Of a stretch of DNA of 64,000 nucleotides, positions 1-9,953 are shown one piece after another. The notes beneath the pieces were generated by a model. It was not told where the DNA came from. It ran no database searches and was given only the letters and a program-made list of their open reading frames with translations. The translations under genes were made by a program, and so were the position numbers. The first letter of the stretch is position 1. Each line of letters begins with the position of its first letter. Source of the stretch: Candidatus Poribacteria bacterium (lineage in GTDB: Bacteria; Poribacteria; WGA-4E; UBA9662); the NCBI GenBank assembly GCA_046582655.1, contig JAYGDX010000279.1:1-64000 (forward strand). The letters run 5' to 3'.

Positions 1-1
1 C

Positions 2-118
2 CCGGATAAGGCCAAAAATGCAAAATCGTTCTTTAATGAAATTGCTCCCGCCTTTGGTGTCGCACCGAAAGGTAAACTGCCAAGCGTTTGGGGTGATGTC
101 AAATCCATTAATCAGTAA
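2..118 (+). CDS. 3' end of a partial CDS carrying a Poribacteria-type C-terminal motif (…FGVAPKGKLPSVWGDVKSINQ*)
   Basis: Manual translation from position 2 is open to TAA at 116-118 and is followed by terminator-like hairpins; not in the ORF track because the start lies outside the window. Confidence 0.8.
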   Translation, partial: PDKAKNAKSFFNEIAPAFGVAPKGKLPSVWGDVKSINQ

Positions 119-173
119 CAGAATCGTTGGCAAAGGTCAAACAGCTGACCTTCGTTTCTTGGTATGTTGATTT

Positions 174-207
174 AGCGGTGTACGGTAATAATCGTGCATC
201 GCTTTTT
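174..207 (+). terminator. Intrinsic terminator
   Basis: AGCGGTGTACGGT-AATA-ATCGTGCATCGCT 13-bp stem (with G-U pairs) followed by a T run, between convergent genes. Confidence 0.7.
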
Positions 208-289
208 CATGTCCAAAATCAGAATCTTATCTTAGAGTTCACAGTAGACTGATTTTGCAATGGTCCTGAGGTTTTTTACCATTTCAAGC

Positions 290-1918
290 TCACTGCTGAT
301 TTTCAATAACAGTTAGATGCTGGTTGACTGCTATGTCTTTCAGTTTCTGGACAGTACCGCTTGTCCATCGAACCTCAACTAGATCAATCTGTTTAGCTGC
401 ATTCACACCAAAATGCAGTCGGTAATCGTTGACACTGCAATAACTTCCGCTGCTCTGGACTTCGCGGGTTTGTATCTGATTGCCGGCTTGGATGATAACT
501 TGCGTGCCGACGGCGTCTCGATTGCTTGTGGTTCCGATCAACGTCATTTGTAGCCAGTTCTGATGGTTTCCCCCATCGTTTCTGAGTAAGATGGGAAACT
601 GGTTCGAATTCGAGATCAATAAGTCTAGATCGCCATCGTTATCATAGTCGAAATAGGCAGATCCCCGAGCAACATGTTTTTGCGAAAAATAGTCGCCACT
701 TTCGATGGAAATCTCAACAAACTTTCCGTTCCCACGATTTTCAAAGAGTTGATCCGGTTGTTCATAGGTCAACTGGTCCGACTGTAATTCGTTGTTGTCC
801 ATGATATGTCCGTTGGCAATGAAAAGATCCAAATCGCCATCGTTGTCTGAGTCGAAAAAAAACGTTCCCCATCCGACATACAAATAACTGGGATCACCTA
901 AACCTGCAGAAGCTGCGGCATCAATAAAGAATTCTTTTTCGTTGTGGTAGAGGTTGTTGAATTCGTAAGCGAAATTCGTTACAAACATGTCAATCCAACC
1001 GTCGTTGTCGTAATCTCCCACGGCGACTCCCATACCGGCCAGTGCATTACCGGATGCGCCATAACCAACGCCAGTCAGTGTTGCTACCTCAGTGAAAGTT
1101 CCGTCTCCGTTGTTGAGGAAATATAGATTCTTTGACTTATCGTTGGCGATATAAATATCTGCCAATTTGTCGCGGTTGTAGTCTGCAACCACCACACCCA
1201 ACCCTCGTGCATCGCGAAAAATTGTCGAGTCACCCAATCGTGGTGTGATAACGATGAATGTACCGTCACCGTTGTTTTGGTAAAGTACATCGATCTCACC
1301 ATCGTAAAAGATTGGATTTTTGTATCCGCTACTGCCTGTGGTTGCCAGCATCTGATCTTTTGGTACATAGTTGGCTACATACAGGTCAAGGTCGCCATCC
1401 AAATCGAAGTCGGCAAAAGCACATCCTGTTCCGCAACCTTGGTGTCCAACACCAGCCTTTTCCGTTACGTCTGTGAAGGTTCCATCCCCATTGTTGCGAT
1501 ACAATACATTCTGTCCATAATTGGTAACGTACAAATCCGCGGTGCCATTGTTATCGTAATCGCCGACGGTAACACCAATGCCGTATCCAAAATCACCTGT
1601 TCCTGATGATTCAGTTGCATCGGTAAAAGTCCCATCCCTGTTATTCCGATACAACACATTTTTTGCTTGCTGGTCGCGATGTAACACTTGACCGCTATTG
1701 ACAAAATAGATGTCGATCCATCCATCGTCGTCATAATCAAAAGTAGCGACTCCGGACCCCAACGTTTCTACGATAAAATAACGTTGCGCTTTACCACTTG
1801 CATGTTTGAAATTGATACCGGCCTTTTTTGTTACATCAACAAACACTGGCAATTTTGCCGAAATGCCCTTTGGAACAAGCAAAATCAAGAAAAGTTCTAT
1901 TAACAGAAAACGTAACAC
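290..1918 (-). CDS. CRTAC1 family protein (FG-GAP/VCBS repeats + C-terminal ASPIC/UnbV domain), secreted
   Basis: Signal peptide; repeated DxDxDGxxD and LYxNxGDGTF motifs; C-terminal NRDAVG…RLHFG…VRW. Confidence 0.93.
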   Translation of the reverse strand: MLRFLLIELFLILLVPKGISAKLPVFVDVTKKAGINFKHASGKAQRYFIVETLGSGVATFDYDDDGWIDIYFVNSGQVLHRDQQAKNVLYRNNRDGTFTDATESSGTGDFGYGIGVTVGDYDNNGTADLYVTNYGQNVLYRNNGDGTFTDVTEKAGVGHQGCGTGCAFADFDLDGDLDLYVANYVPKDQMLATTGSSGYKNPIFYDGEIDVLYQNNGDGTFIVITPRLGDSTIFRDARGLGVVVADYNRDKLADIYIANDKSKNLYFLNNGDGTFTEVATLTGVGYGASGNALAGMGVAVGDYDNDGWIDMFVTNFAYEFNNLYHNEKEFFIDAAASAGLGDPSYLYVGWGTFFFDSDNDGDLDLFIANGHIMDNNELQSDQLTYEQPDQLFENRGNGKFVEISIESGDYFSQKHVARGSAYFDYDNDGDLDLLISNSNQFPILLRNDGGNHQNWLQMTLIGTTSNRDAVGTQVIIQAGNQIQTREVQSSGSYCSVNDYRLHFGVNAAKQIDLVEVRWTSGTVQKLKDIAVNQHLTVIENQQ

Positions 1919-2124
1919 CTTAATTAATCACCAATACGTCCATTTTGCATTTATTGATTTAACATGGATTCTATTTGGTCGCAATATTCTCCACAAAGGG
2001 AAGCAGAGGATTCCAAACAGAATATAGGAATAAATAAAATATGCCTTGATATTTTGCTATATATCAAGCTTAGCTCCTAATTGTTTGTTTACAATGCGAT
2101 AGTGTAGGTATCAAAATATGCAGG

Positions 2125-3789
2125 TCAGTTTTGCTCAGTGATTGTAACGGTTTGGTTGCAAGGAATATTTTTCATTTGTTGATTCATTCCACTAGGCCAA
2201 CGAATCTCAAGCTGATCGATTTGTGTATGGAGACCTATTCCAAAAAGCAGTCGTTGATCACTGTCTGAAGCGTAACCATTCCCACTTTTCATTTCGGCTG
2301 TTTGTGTAACTTCTCCAAAAGTGATCCGAACCTTAGCACCAATGCCGTCTCGGTTGCTTCGAGTTCCAACCAGTTTAACACGAAGCCAGTTATTTGAGTG
2401 GTTGCCATTTCGTAACAGTACCGCTTGCTGATTAGAATTTACGATAAAAATGTCTGTATATCCATCATTGTCATAGTCGCCACTTACTGAAGCTCGTCCG
2501 ACAAATGCCCGTGAGAAATATTCTCCTGCGTTCACAGAAACCTGCTTGTAGGTTCCATCTCCAGTGTTACGAAATAATTGGTCCGTCTGTGCATAAGTTT
2601 CTGAATCTAATAGATCTTCAATAGCCGCTTGCGGATGGCCGTTTGCTATAAAAATATCGAGGTAACCGTCGTTGTCGTAATCGAGGAATAGGGGACTAAA
2701 CCCAACAAACTGAAATGTTGGGTCGCTTAAACCAATGGCTGCCGTTTTCTCAATAAATACCGCATTCTGATCATTACTGTATAGCGTTGCCGTTTCCGAG
2801 TTTGCAACCAGAAGATCCAGCCAACCATCCCTGTTATAGTCGCCAGCATCCACCCCCATTGATCCTTCGGCAATACCGTTTGCGTCGTAACCTGTACCGT
2901 TAAACAAACTCTCGTCAGTAAAAGTGTTATCCCCATTATTATGGTAGTAGAAGTTCCGGTTAGTATCATTTGCAACATAGATATCTGGCCATCCATCGTT
3001 ATCGAAATCACAGGCGACCGCTCCCATCCCTCTGCCTTCAACGGGGTTTGTAACACCAGCCTTTTCAGCAATGTTAGTAAAAGTATTATCCCCGTTATTA
3101 TGATATAGAACATCTGATGTTCCTTTATAAGTACGGGGATGTCCATAAACAATCAAACCATTGTTTATGGATGGAGGCATTGATAAATTATAATCAAGGT
3201 AATTTACCACGAAAATATCCAAGTATCCGTCCAAGTCAAAGTCCAGGAAGGAAACGGCGACGCCCCAAAGACGATTATCGATACCAGCGGTTCCAGTTAC
3301 ATCGGTGAAGGTGCCATTTCCATTGTTGTGGTATAAAACATCTTCTCCATAATTGGCAATGTATAGATCTTGATAGCCATCGTTATCATAATCTGCTGCA
3401 GCCGCGGCCATTCCATAACCAATATCCCCCGTTCTTGATACTGCTGTAACATCTGTAAAATGCCCGCGTCCATCATTACGATATAATACATTGCCAGCTT
3501 TCTGGTTGTTGGCTAAACCTGGTACATATCCGCTATTAACAATATAGAGATCTAGGTTGTCATCATTGTCAAAATCGAAAAATACGGCCCCTGATCCCAT
3601 GGTTTCAATGATGTGACGGTGTTCTGTTTTGCCATTTACATGTTTAAAGCGTATGCCAGCTTCCTGTGTAGTGTCCACGAATATTGGCAGACTGGAATGG
3701 TCAGCGGCAACTCTCATTGCAATCAGCAGAAGGATAGCAATGAACATGTGAATCTGAGCGATTTTAGAGTGAAATTTTGTTGTTACCAA
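2125..3789 (-). CDS. CRTAC1 family protein (FG-GAP repeats + ASPIC/UnbV), secreted; paralog of the adjacent gene
   Basis: Same DxDNDG repeat architecture; NRDGIGA…RLLFG…IRWPSG; start codon uncertain. Confidence 0.93.
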   Translation of the reverse strand: MVTTKFHSKIAQIHMFIAILLLIAMRVAADHSSLPIFVDTTQEAGIRFKHVNGKTEHRHIIETMGSGAVFFDFDNDDNLDLYIVNSGYVPGLANNQKAGNVLYRNDGRGHFTDVTAVSRTGDIGYGMAAAAADYDNDGYQDLYIANYGEDVLYHNNGNGTFTDVTGTAGIDNRLWGVAVSFLDFDLDGYLDIFVVNYLDYNLSMPPSINNGLIVYGHPRTYKGTSDVLYHNNGDNTFTNIAEKAGVTNPVEGRGMGAVACDFDNDGWPDIYVANDTNRNFYYHNNGDNTFTDESLFNGTGYDANGIAEGSMGVDAGDYNRDGWLDLLVANSETATLYSNDQNAVFIEKTAAIGLSDPTFQFVGFSPLFLDYDNDGYLDIFIANGHPQAAIEDLLDSETYAQTDQLFRNTGDGTYKQVSVNAGEYFSRAFVGRASVSGDYDNDGYTDIFIVNSNQQAVLLRNGNHSNNWLRVKLVGTRSNRDGIGAKVRITFGEVTQTAEMKSGNGYASDSDQRLLFGIGLHTQIDQLEIRWPSGMNQQMKNIPCNQTVTITEQN

Positions 3790-4034
3790 TGGGAACAGGC
3801 TAAAGGTTTAGAAGTTGGAAGGAACATCAGTTATTGATCTGATTATTCAGTTCGGCTTGACCGTTTCTGGTAAAATCCTTGATTTCGGAGATGGAACCCA
3901 AACAGGATAATGCCTTAAAAAAACAGCATCAAGCCACTGTTAAGTGTAAAGCAACTTTGGGTGGCTGGGTTGGCATCAGTAGTAAATCGGTAGGTCAAAA
4001 TGTGATAGACAAATGCCACGAATTTGCAACTGTT

Positions 4035-4067
4035 CCTTTATCACAAACTTAAATTTGGTGATAAAGG
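4035..4067 (-). terminator. Hairpin, probable terminator of the helicase-GNAT-HEAT operon
   Basis: CCTTTATCAC…GTGATAAAGG perfect 10-bp inverted repeat just past the stop at 4095. Confidence 0.55.
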
Positions 4068-4094
4068 TTAACTAATATTTCAGGATAGGATCTC

Positions 4095-5570
4095 TTAAAG
4101 ATCCTTCAAAAAATCTAGCGAATCAGCTTCCGCTTTTATTCCTTTTGTTTCATTTTCTTGTATTAAGATCTCATTTAGGAATGTCGCCAACCCACTGTCG
4201 CTATCCAGATTTTTCTGCTGTTCCTCTAAGATACGAATTGAAACATCGTCACCGATTTTGGCAATCGCGTCAACTAAGGTCAGTTTAGTGGACTGATTAT
4301 TCTCATCTTTTAAAAAGGTAATCAATGCTTGGCGTGCCTGGGTTCCACCAATGTTGCCGAGTGATGAAGCCGTAATATTTTTGATTCCTGAATCGCCGCC
4401 GCCAAATGACGTAATCAACGGTTCAACAGCAGGCAACCCAATCTGACTCAAGGTTAATCCTGCTTTAAAACGAACACCTGATGTTTCTTGGCTATCTTCT
4501 AGAACAGCAATTAAATCATCTACAACTGATTCAGGTTGTAAATCGCCTAAAATTGAGAGACAAGAACGACGGATTTCCTGATTGGGTTCAATTTCACGCT
4601 TTATATATTTTTTGGCTAATTCTGTAATTGGAGTACTGCTAATCTTTTGGTATAGGTTTGCCGACTGATGGCGGAAATTTGTGCCGGTCGGGTTTTCAAG
4701 CATTGCCTGATTTTTCTGCAGATCAACAGTAAGTAAACCAAGTATCTCCGCTCGCTGAAGTGCGTCCAAATCCAGTCGATCAATCGGCAATTGGTCCGTA
4801 TTTGCTTGCTGAAACTGTTGGAATAAGTCGTTTAGTTGACTTAAAGCTACGAGTCGTTCTAGGCCTTTTGCTGCAGGTTCTCTCAGAGACAGATTGGTAC
4901 TTTCGAGAAATCTAATCATTGTCTCAACCACACCTGCATTGGCAAGACTAGCCAATGCGTTTATAGCTGCGATTTTGACACCTATTAGTTCCTTTGTTCG
5001 AAACGAGATCTTAGCCTTTAATCTCGAAAATTCCTTGACCGCTTTTTGGTAATCCTTGATTGTACGTACGTTTTTCTCATCAATTACTTTTAATACCTGA
5101 TTCCCTTCCTCAAGACCTGAATTATTAGCTAATGCGCCACTCTTAATTTCCTTGATACGATTACTGTTGTCGATACTAATACCTACATTATCACCTTCTC
5201 GACGTACCGAAAATCGTTGCCGACGTTGCTCCCCGTCACTGCCAATGAATTCGAGGATAAAACTGTTTTCATCTTTCATCGCACTTTTAACTGCCTGGTC
5301 GAAGTCGGAGGAAGTGTTAATTTTCCGTTCACCGATTACGTGTGAGATGAGTTCCCCTTCCTTAAGTCCCGATTGCTTGCTTGTCTTACCAGTGTGTATT
5401 TTCTTAATTACCACACCAGTTGTTGACCAACGACCATCTAGGTCGTTGTCGAGTTGTTGAACTGTTAAGCCGAGAGTGGAATCAACATACTCGTTATCCG
5501 CACAACCAGCAAAGTAAAATATTGCGCTGCATACGAAAATAATTAAACCTGATCTGTCTTTAGAGCCCAT
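4095..5570 (-). CDS. Lipoprotein with two PDZ-like domains and C-terminal HEAT repeats
   Basis: Lipobox FAGC; PDZ-like LGLTV…GVVI…SGLKEGELI and VGISI…SGLEEGNQVLKV; HEAT-like repeats (VRFKAGLTLSQIG, TASSLGNIG, LVDAIAKIG). Confidence 0.75.
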   Translation of the reverse strand: MGSKDRSGLIIFVCSAIFYFAGCADNEYVDSTLGLTVQQLDNDLDGRWSTTGVVIKKIHTGKTSKQSGLKEGELISHVIGERKINTSSDFDQAVKSAMKDENSFILEFIGSDGEQRRQRFSVRREGDNVGISIDNSNRIKEIKSGALANNSGLEEGNQVLKVIDEKNVRTIKDYQKAVKEFSRLKAKISFRTKELIGVKIAAINALASLANAGVVETMIRFLESTNLSLREPAAKGLERLVALSQLNDLFQQFQQANTDQLPIDRLDLDALQRAEILGLLTVDLQKNQAMLENPTGTNFRHQSANLYQKISSTPITELAKKYIKREIEPNQEIRRSCLSILGDLQPESVVDDLIAVLEDSQETSGVRFKAGLTLSQIGLPAVEPLITSFGGGDSGIKNITASSLGNIGGTQARQALITFLKDENNQSTKLTLVDAIAKIGDDVSIRILEEQQKNLDSDSGLATFLNEILIQENETKGIKAEADSLDFLKDL

Positions 5571-5584
5571 TAAATCTCCTTAAG

Positions 5585-6511
5585 CTAATAACTAACAGTG
5601 ACTTCTCGACCACTTTGCTCACTGAGAACGTTTAGCAGTGGGGGAATACCACGTTCGTCACCCAGTTTCGCCAGTGTTTGGATTGCATCAACGCGCATTG
5701 AGGATCCCTTGTTTTGGATGATGCGGACTAATTCCTCAACCGCGTGGTCACCAATTTTGCCCAGTGCTTCGACTGCCAGGCGGCGAACCTCAGAACTCTC
5801 CCTGTCTTTTTTCCATTTTTCTGATCCAGAGTTAACGATTTTAACTAGCTTTTCAATTGCGGTTTCATTACCAATTTCGCCTAATGATTTTACAATATTC
5901 AATCGAGTTTCTTTACGTTTATAATCTAATAGATCTGTCAAGATTTTTACGATTTCCGGTGTGAATCTTGGGTCTTTTCCAATGGTTGTATAGACAGTTT
6001 GGGCATCTTGACGGTCTCGATTATCCTTGGACGTTATCGCTTTTTTTAGCGCTTTCAGCAGTTTCTTTCGATTGCCTTGCTCATAAACCTTCTTCAGAGC
6101 GTATCGAGCTGTATCTTGAATGCTGGGATCTTGTGATCTTAAAGTTTCAAAAACGAGAATCTCCAGATATTTCTTCTGGTTGTTACTGTAGGCGTTGTAC
6201 ATATAGTCACCTCTCTCATTGATAGAGGCTTCATTATAAGCGTTAGTCTCCTCATTTTCATCATAGAACCCTTGAGAATTGTAGAGACCGAGCAGGTAAT
6301 GTGCTTCTGCATTATCCCTTTTACTGTTCTGGGTTTCCTTAACTGCCAGTTTGAACCTTTCAACTGCTCGCTCTTCCTTTCGGCGTTTGTCTGATTTGAT
6401 CAGTTCCTTTCCTTTTGAAAGATCTTCGTTCTGACTGGTGCACCCGCTTCCAAGAAAGACAAGCGCGATTGCCGTAATGCCCCAAAGAAAGATGTTCACT
6501 ATAGACTTCAT
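5585..6511 (-). CDS. HEAT-repeat lipoprotein with one TPR-like helix pair
   Basis: Lipobox LGSGC; AEAHYLLG; repeats RLNIVKSLGEIG, RRLAVEALGKIG, RVDAIQTLAKLG; ATG at 6511 preferred. Confidence 0.78.
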   Translation of the reverse strand: MKSIVNIFLWGITAIALVFLGSGCTSQNEDLSKGKELIKSDKRRKEERAVERFKLAVKETQNSKRDNAEAHYLLGLYNSQGFYDENEETNAYNEASINERGDYMYNAYSNNQKKYLEILVFETLRSQDPSIQDTARYALKKVYEQGNRKKLLKALKKAITSKDNRDRQDAQTVYTTIGKDPRFTPEIVKILTDLLDYKRKETRLNIVKSLGEIGNETAIEKLVKIVNSGSEKWKKDRESSEVRRLAVEALGKIGDHAVEELVRIIQNKGSSMRVDAIQTLAKLGDERGIPPLLNVLSEQSGREVTVSY

Positions 6512-6586
6512 AAAAAATATCGACTCCAAGTTTTCTTAGCTGTATGTCATCTTTTAAGTATGATTCAGGGAAAGCATAATGCTGAA

Positions 6587-7216
6587 TTACAATAGTTCCT
6601 GCTGTGCGTGTGAATCTTCTGATGTGGTTTCTGGCTCTTTGACACGCATTTCCCCTAAATCATCATTCTCTAGGTCTAACTCTAGGTCTAATTCGTCATT
6701 ATCTTCATCAGCGGCAAGCCCATTTTCCAACACATCATGCACTTCGTCAGGCCCTCCAACCGTAATTGATTTTTGTAGTACAATTGTAGGCCGTTCTTCA
6801 AAGCCCCAATTTCTGTAGGCATCAATAATGGCCACATCAGATTTCATGACTTCAATCTCAAGGGTTTCAATGCCGTTTTCACTGGCTGTTTTTACTACAG
6901 ACTCAATTAATTTTGCAGAAACTCCGAAAGCTCGAAACGGTGCTGAAACGTGCAAATCACCAACATTAGCAGTAGTAGATTGTGCAGTTTCACGCTCAAT
7001 TCGTACCTGTCCAATCGCGTGACCACTGGCGTCTGCAATAATACGAAACACTTCACCGTTCTCGATTCTGTCGAGGTCTTGGTTAATTTCCTCGTTGATT
7101 TCATCAATTGTTTTATTGGAAAAACAATAAGTTTGTAAATCCTTGATATCATCATCCTTTATCGGACGAAACTCCAATTTCGCACTAAATTCAAATGCTT
7201 GATCAGCCATCACCAT
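6587..7216 (-). CDS. GNAT family N-acetyltransferase with acidic C-terminal tail
   Basis: LHVSAPFRAFGVSAKLI (motif A), AYRNWGF (motif B); D/E-rich last ~55 aa. Confidence 0.8.
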   Translation of the reverse strand: MVMADQAFEFSAKLEFRPIKDDDIKDLQTYCFSNKTIDEINEEINQDLDRIENGEVFRIIADASGHAIGQVRIERETAQSTTANVGDLHVSAPFRAFGVSAKLIESVVKTASENGIETLEIEVMKSDVAIIDAYRNWGFEERPTIVLQKSITVGGPDEVHDVLENGLAADEDNDELDLELDLENDDLGEMRVKEPETTSEDSHAQQELL

Positions 7217-7315
7217 TCTCCATTTTATGTTTTTAGTTTAAGATAGATTGGCAAGTTGCCGGTGAGAAACATCAAAAAACAGACTGTAAATGCATTTAAT
7301 TATCACCATGACAGT

Positions 7316-9661
7316 TCATTGTCCAATACGCAGTTGACGTTCAGCGTCAACTACGTCTCGATTGATTTTGTCAATACTACGACTTAATTTATCTCCAAGA
7401 GATGGTCTTTCAACTGCCGCACGTCGGATTTGACGTGTCAGGTCGATGACTAGCCGAAAGGATCGAACAAAATCCCCATCTGCAAGATCTGCGTATTGGG
7501 GTAAATCTTCAAAGTCGCAACCCTGACTCCATTCTAGCATCGCAGAACTTAAAATTAGTTCCAACTTTGGTGTAGGCTCAATCGTATCGAAATTTCTTTC
7601 CACCAGACGAGCTCGATCTATTACTTTGTCTGCGGTTTTTAGCATATTGTGTAGCGTGCTTTTGCGGAGTTTAACGTGGCGAAACGACTCCTTCCGAGGT
7701 TCGCAGACAATTGCCATCATTAATACATTGACTTCGTCTTCGTTAAGCGAGTCCAAGGCTCCACTGAAAAGCAATTCGGTAATCTGCGTTTCGTATCCGT
7801 AGATCTGCGAGGCAATTATACCTCTGGGTAGAAGTTTAAAATTATCAACATAATCTAATTGACGCAGTATCTCAAGACGGAATTCGATTTGTTGTTGATG
7901 ATAACGTTCAACATAATCTCGTTCTTTTTTCAGGTGTTGGAGAAGGTTATGTTGTTTGTGGATACGATGGTAGAGTTGATTACATGAATCAAGTTGATTG
8001 CATGAATTACATAGGTTGCTTTGCTTTTTTAGTTGGATTTTTTGTTTTTCACGGTTAATGCTATTGAATTGACTTCGCCAGTTCTTTTTATGTTGTTGGC
8101 GACGTTTTTGCCGGTGAAGATTTCGGCGTTCAGATTTTAGGCGGCGCTCTTCATCGGCAATCCATTTCAATAATTGATTGTAACCAGCTATTTGATCATA
8201 TGGGTCAACCTCTTGGTGGATACAAGTTGGTTCCGGCAGATCGCGCAGTTTTTCAGCAGCTTGTTTTTGATTGAAATCAATTGATTGAATTCGAGTCACA
8301 TTTTGAAAATTGCTGAAACTTTGCGTGCAAACGTCATAAATCGAATCTCCATGCTCGTTACATAAATTCAAAAGGCTGGAGTAAGATAAGTTGAATTGGC
8401 TTTCAAGTGGCTCAATTTGGTCAGATGTTATGAGGCGAACCTGATTGGCATCAACAAGTTTCGGATTAACTTTGGCATAAACATATCCGATTTTATCGAT
8501 ACCGCGTCTTCCAGCACGTCCTGACATCTGGTGATATTCACGTGCCTTGAGATGTCGAGACGAAACTCCATCATACTTCTCAAGACTGTCGAAAACAACC
8601 GAACATGCTGGCATGTTGATTCCGACGGCAAAAGTTTCCGTTGTGAATAGCAATTGGATTAATCCCAACGTAAACAGTCGTTCTACTACCTCTTTCAGCG
8701 TTGGCAACATGCCTGCGTGATGATATGCAATTCCCTTAGAAACCAGAAACCGAAACTGTTTGACATTTCGATCGTCTAGAATAGCAAATCTTTCGCACAG
8801 CGAATCGAAATGATCAAGGATCTGTCGTTGTTGTTCTTTTTGCAGAAAGTTTTCACTTTTGGCGTAATACTCGGCGTTCTTTTTACAGAGTTTTCGACTA
8901 AAACAGAAATACAAACAAGGGAATTGGCTCTCTTTTTGAATATGAGATATCAGTTTTGCTCTGCGAATGTTAGGGAAATCATTAGCCATGAGCCGGCTGA
9001 ATTCACTCCTCTCAAAATCCCGTGGGTCAGCGTAATTTTCCTGTACTTCCTGTAGATCAGAGCACGTTCCAATACCGTAATCTTCCAGGTAGAGGAAATG
9101 CTTTAACGGAACGGGACGTTGATGTTCTTCGATGACTTCAATTGGTGTTTCGCGTACGTCATGCATCCAATCAGCGAACTGAGTAATATTTGGAATTGTG
9201 GCACTTAGACAAATGAATTTAATGTGCTGTGGTGCAAATATAATACTTTCTTCCCAAACAGTACCACGCTCGATATCATTGATGTAGTGAATTTCATCAA
9301 AAATAACATACCCAACATCATCAAGCCGATTGATATTGTCAAAGATCGTGTTCCTAAAAACCTCCGTTGTCATGAGTAGTATCTGGGCGTACTGATTCAG
9401 TACAACATCGCCAGTTACAATTCCAACTTGATCTCCGTACTGCTTGGTCAAATCCCGATATTTCTGGTTGCTTAATGCTTTAATCGGTGCGGTATAGATT
9501 ACCCTGCGACTATTTTGAATGCATTTCTCAATAGCGTATTCAGCAATAATTGTTTTGCCTGCACCTGTTGGAGCGGCAACTAGAACTGAGTGTTCCTGAT
9601 CAATACCTTTGATCGCCTGCTCTTGGAAGGAATCAAGCGCCAAGCCTTTATAATCCATCAA
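7316..9661 (-). CDS. helY: Ski2-like (HelY-type) DExH-box RNA helicase
   Basis: APTGAGKT, PIKALSNQK, DEIH, SAT, TETFAVGINMPA, QMSGRAGRRG, C-terminal DSHCT-like DGDFVR…INRDVV. Confidence 0.9.
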   Translation of the reverse strand: MMDYKGLALDSFQEQAIKGIDQEHSVLVAAPTGAGKTIIAEYAIEKCIQNSRRVIYTAPIKALSNQKYRDLTKQYGDQVGIVTGDVVLNQYAQILLMTTEVFRNTIFDNINRLDDVGYVIFDEIHYINDIERGTVWEESIIFAPQHIKFICLSATIPNITQFADWMHDVRETPIEVIEEHQRPVPLKHFLYLEDYGIGTCSDLQEVQENYADPRDFERSEFSRLMANDFPNIRRAKLISHIQKESQFPCLYFCFSRKLCKKNAEYYAKSENFLQKEQQRQILDHFDSLCERFAILDDRNVKQFRFLVSKGIAYHHAGMLPTLKEVVERLFTLGLIQLLFTTETFAVGINMPACSVVFDSLEKYDGVSSRHLKAREYHQMSGRAGRRGIDKIGYVYAKVNPKLVDANQVRLITSDQIEPLESQFNLSYSSLLNLCNEHGDSIYDVCTQSFSNFQNVTRIQSIDFNQKQAAEKLRDLPEPTCIHQEVDPYDQIAGYNQLLKWIADEERRLKSERRNLHRQKRRQQHKKNWRSQFNSINREKQKIQLKKQSNLCNSCNQLDSCNQLYHRIHKQHNLLQHLKKERDYVERYHQQQIEFRLEILRQLDYVDNFKLLPRGIIASQIYGYETQITELLFSGALDSLNEDEVNVLMMAIVCEPRKESFRHVKLRKSTLHNMLKTADKVIDRARLVERNFDTIEPTPKLELILSSAMLEWSQGCDFEDLPQYADLADGDFVRSFRLVIDLTRQIRRAAVERPSLGDKLSRSIDKINRDVVDAERQLRIGQ

Positions 9662-9690
9662 ACCTCTGTGGGACGGAGAAAACGTGCCTG

Positions 9691-9719
9691 ATTATAACTG
9701 GTTCTTGCTCTTTTGTCAA
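9691..9719 (-). promoter_or_regulatory. Perfect-consensus sigma70 promoter for the helicase operon
   Basis: Minus strand TTGACA (9719-9714), 17-nt spacer, TATAAT (9696-9691), 30 nt upstream of the start codon. Confidence 0.85.
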
Positions 9720-9835
9720 TTGTGATTTTTTGCCTATAGAGTGTGCTATTTCTGGTTGAAATAATAAAGAAGTAAGTAAAATATACCCTTGACAATTTCA
9801 GTTTTTTTTGCAATTGTATTATTCGGATTTCACAT

Positions 9836-9897
9836 TTGTGATTCTATCGCCCTATTTGTGATTCTATCGCCCTATTATTGTGATTCTATCGCCCTAT
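9836..9897. repeat. Three direct repeats of TTGTGATTCTATCGCCCTAT (20 bp)
   Basis: Identical copies at 9836, 9856 and 9878. Confidence 0.95.
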
Positions 9898-9917
9898 TAT
9901 ATGGTATTATAATCTAT

Positions 9918-9953
9918 AGGTTTGTGATACTTAAAAGGTTTGTGATACTTAAA
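9918..9953. repeat. Two tandem direct repeats of AGGTTTGTGATACTTAAA (18 bp)
   Basis: Identical copies at 9918 and 9936. Confidence 0.95.

Noticed and set aside
9836..9953. Direct repeats as a CRISPR array or plasmid iterons
   Set aside because: Repeats are contiguous (0-2 nt between copies) with no unique spacers; no cas or rep gene in the window
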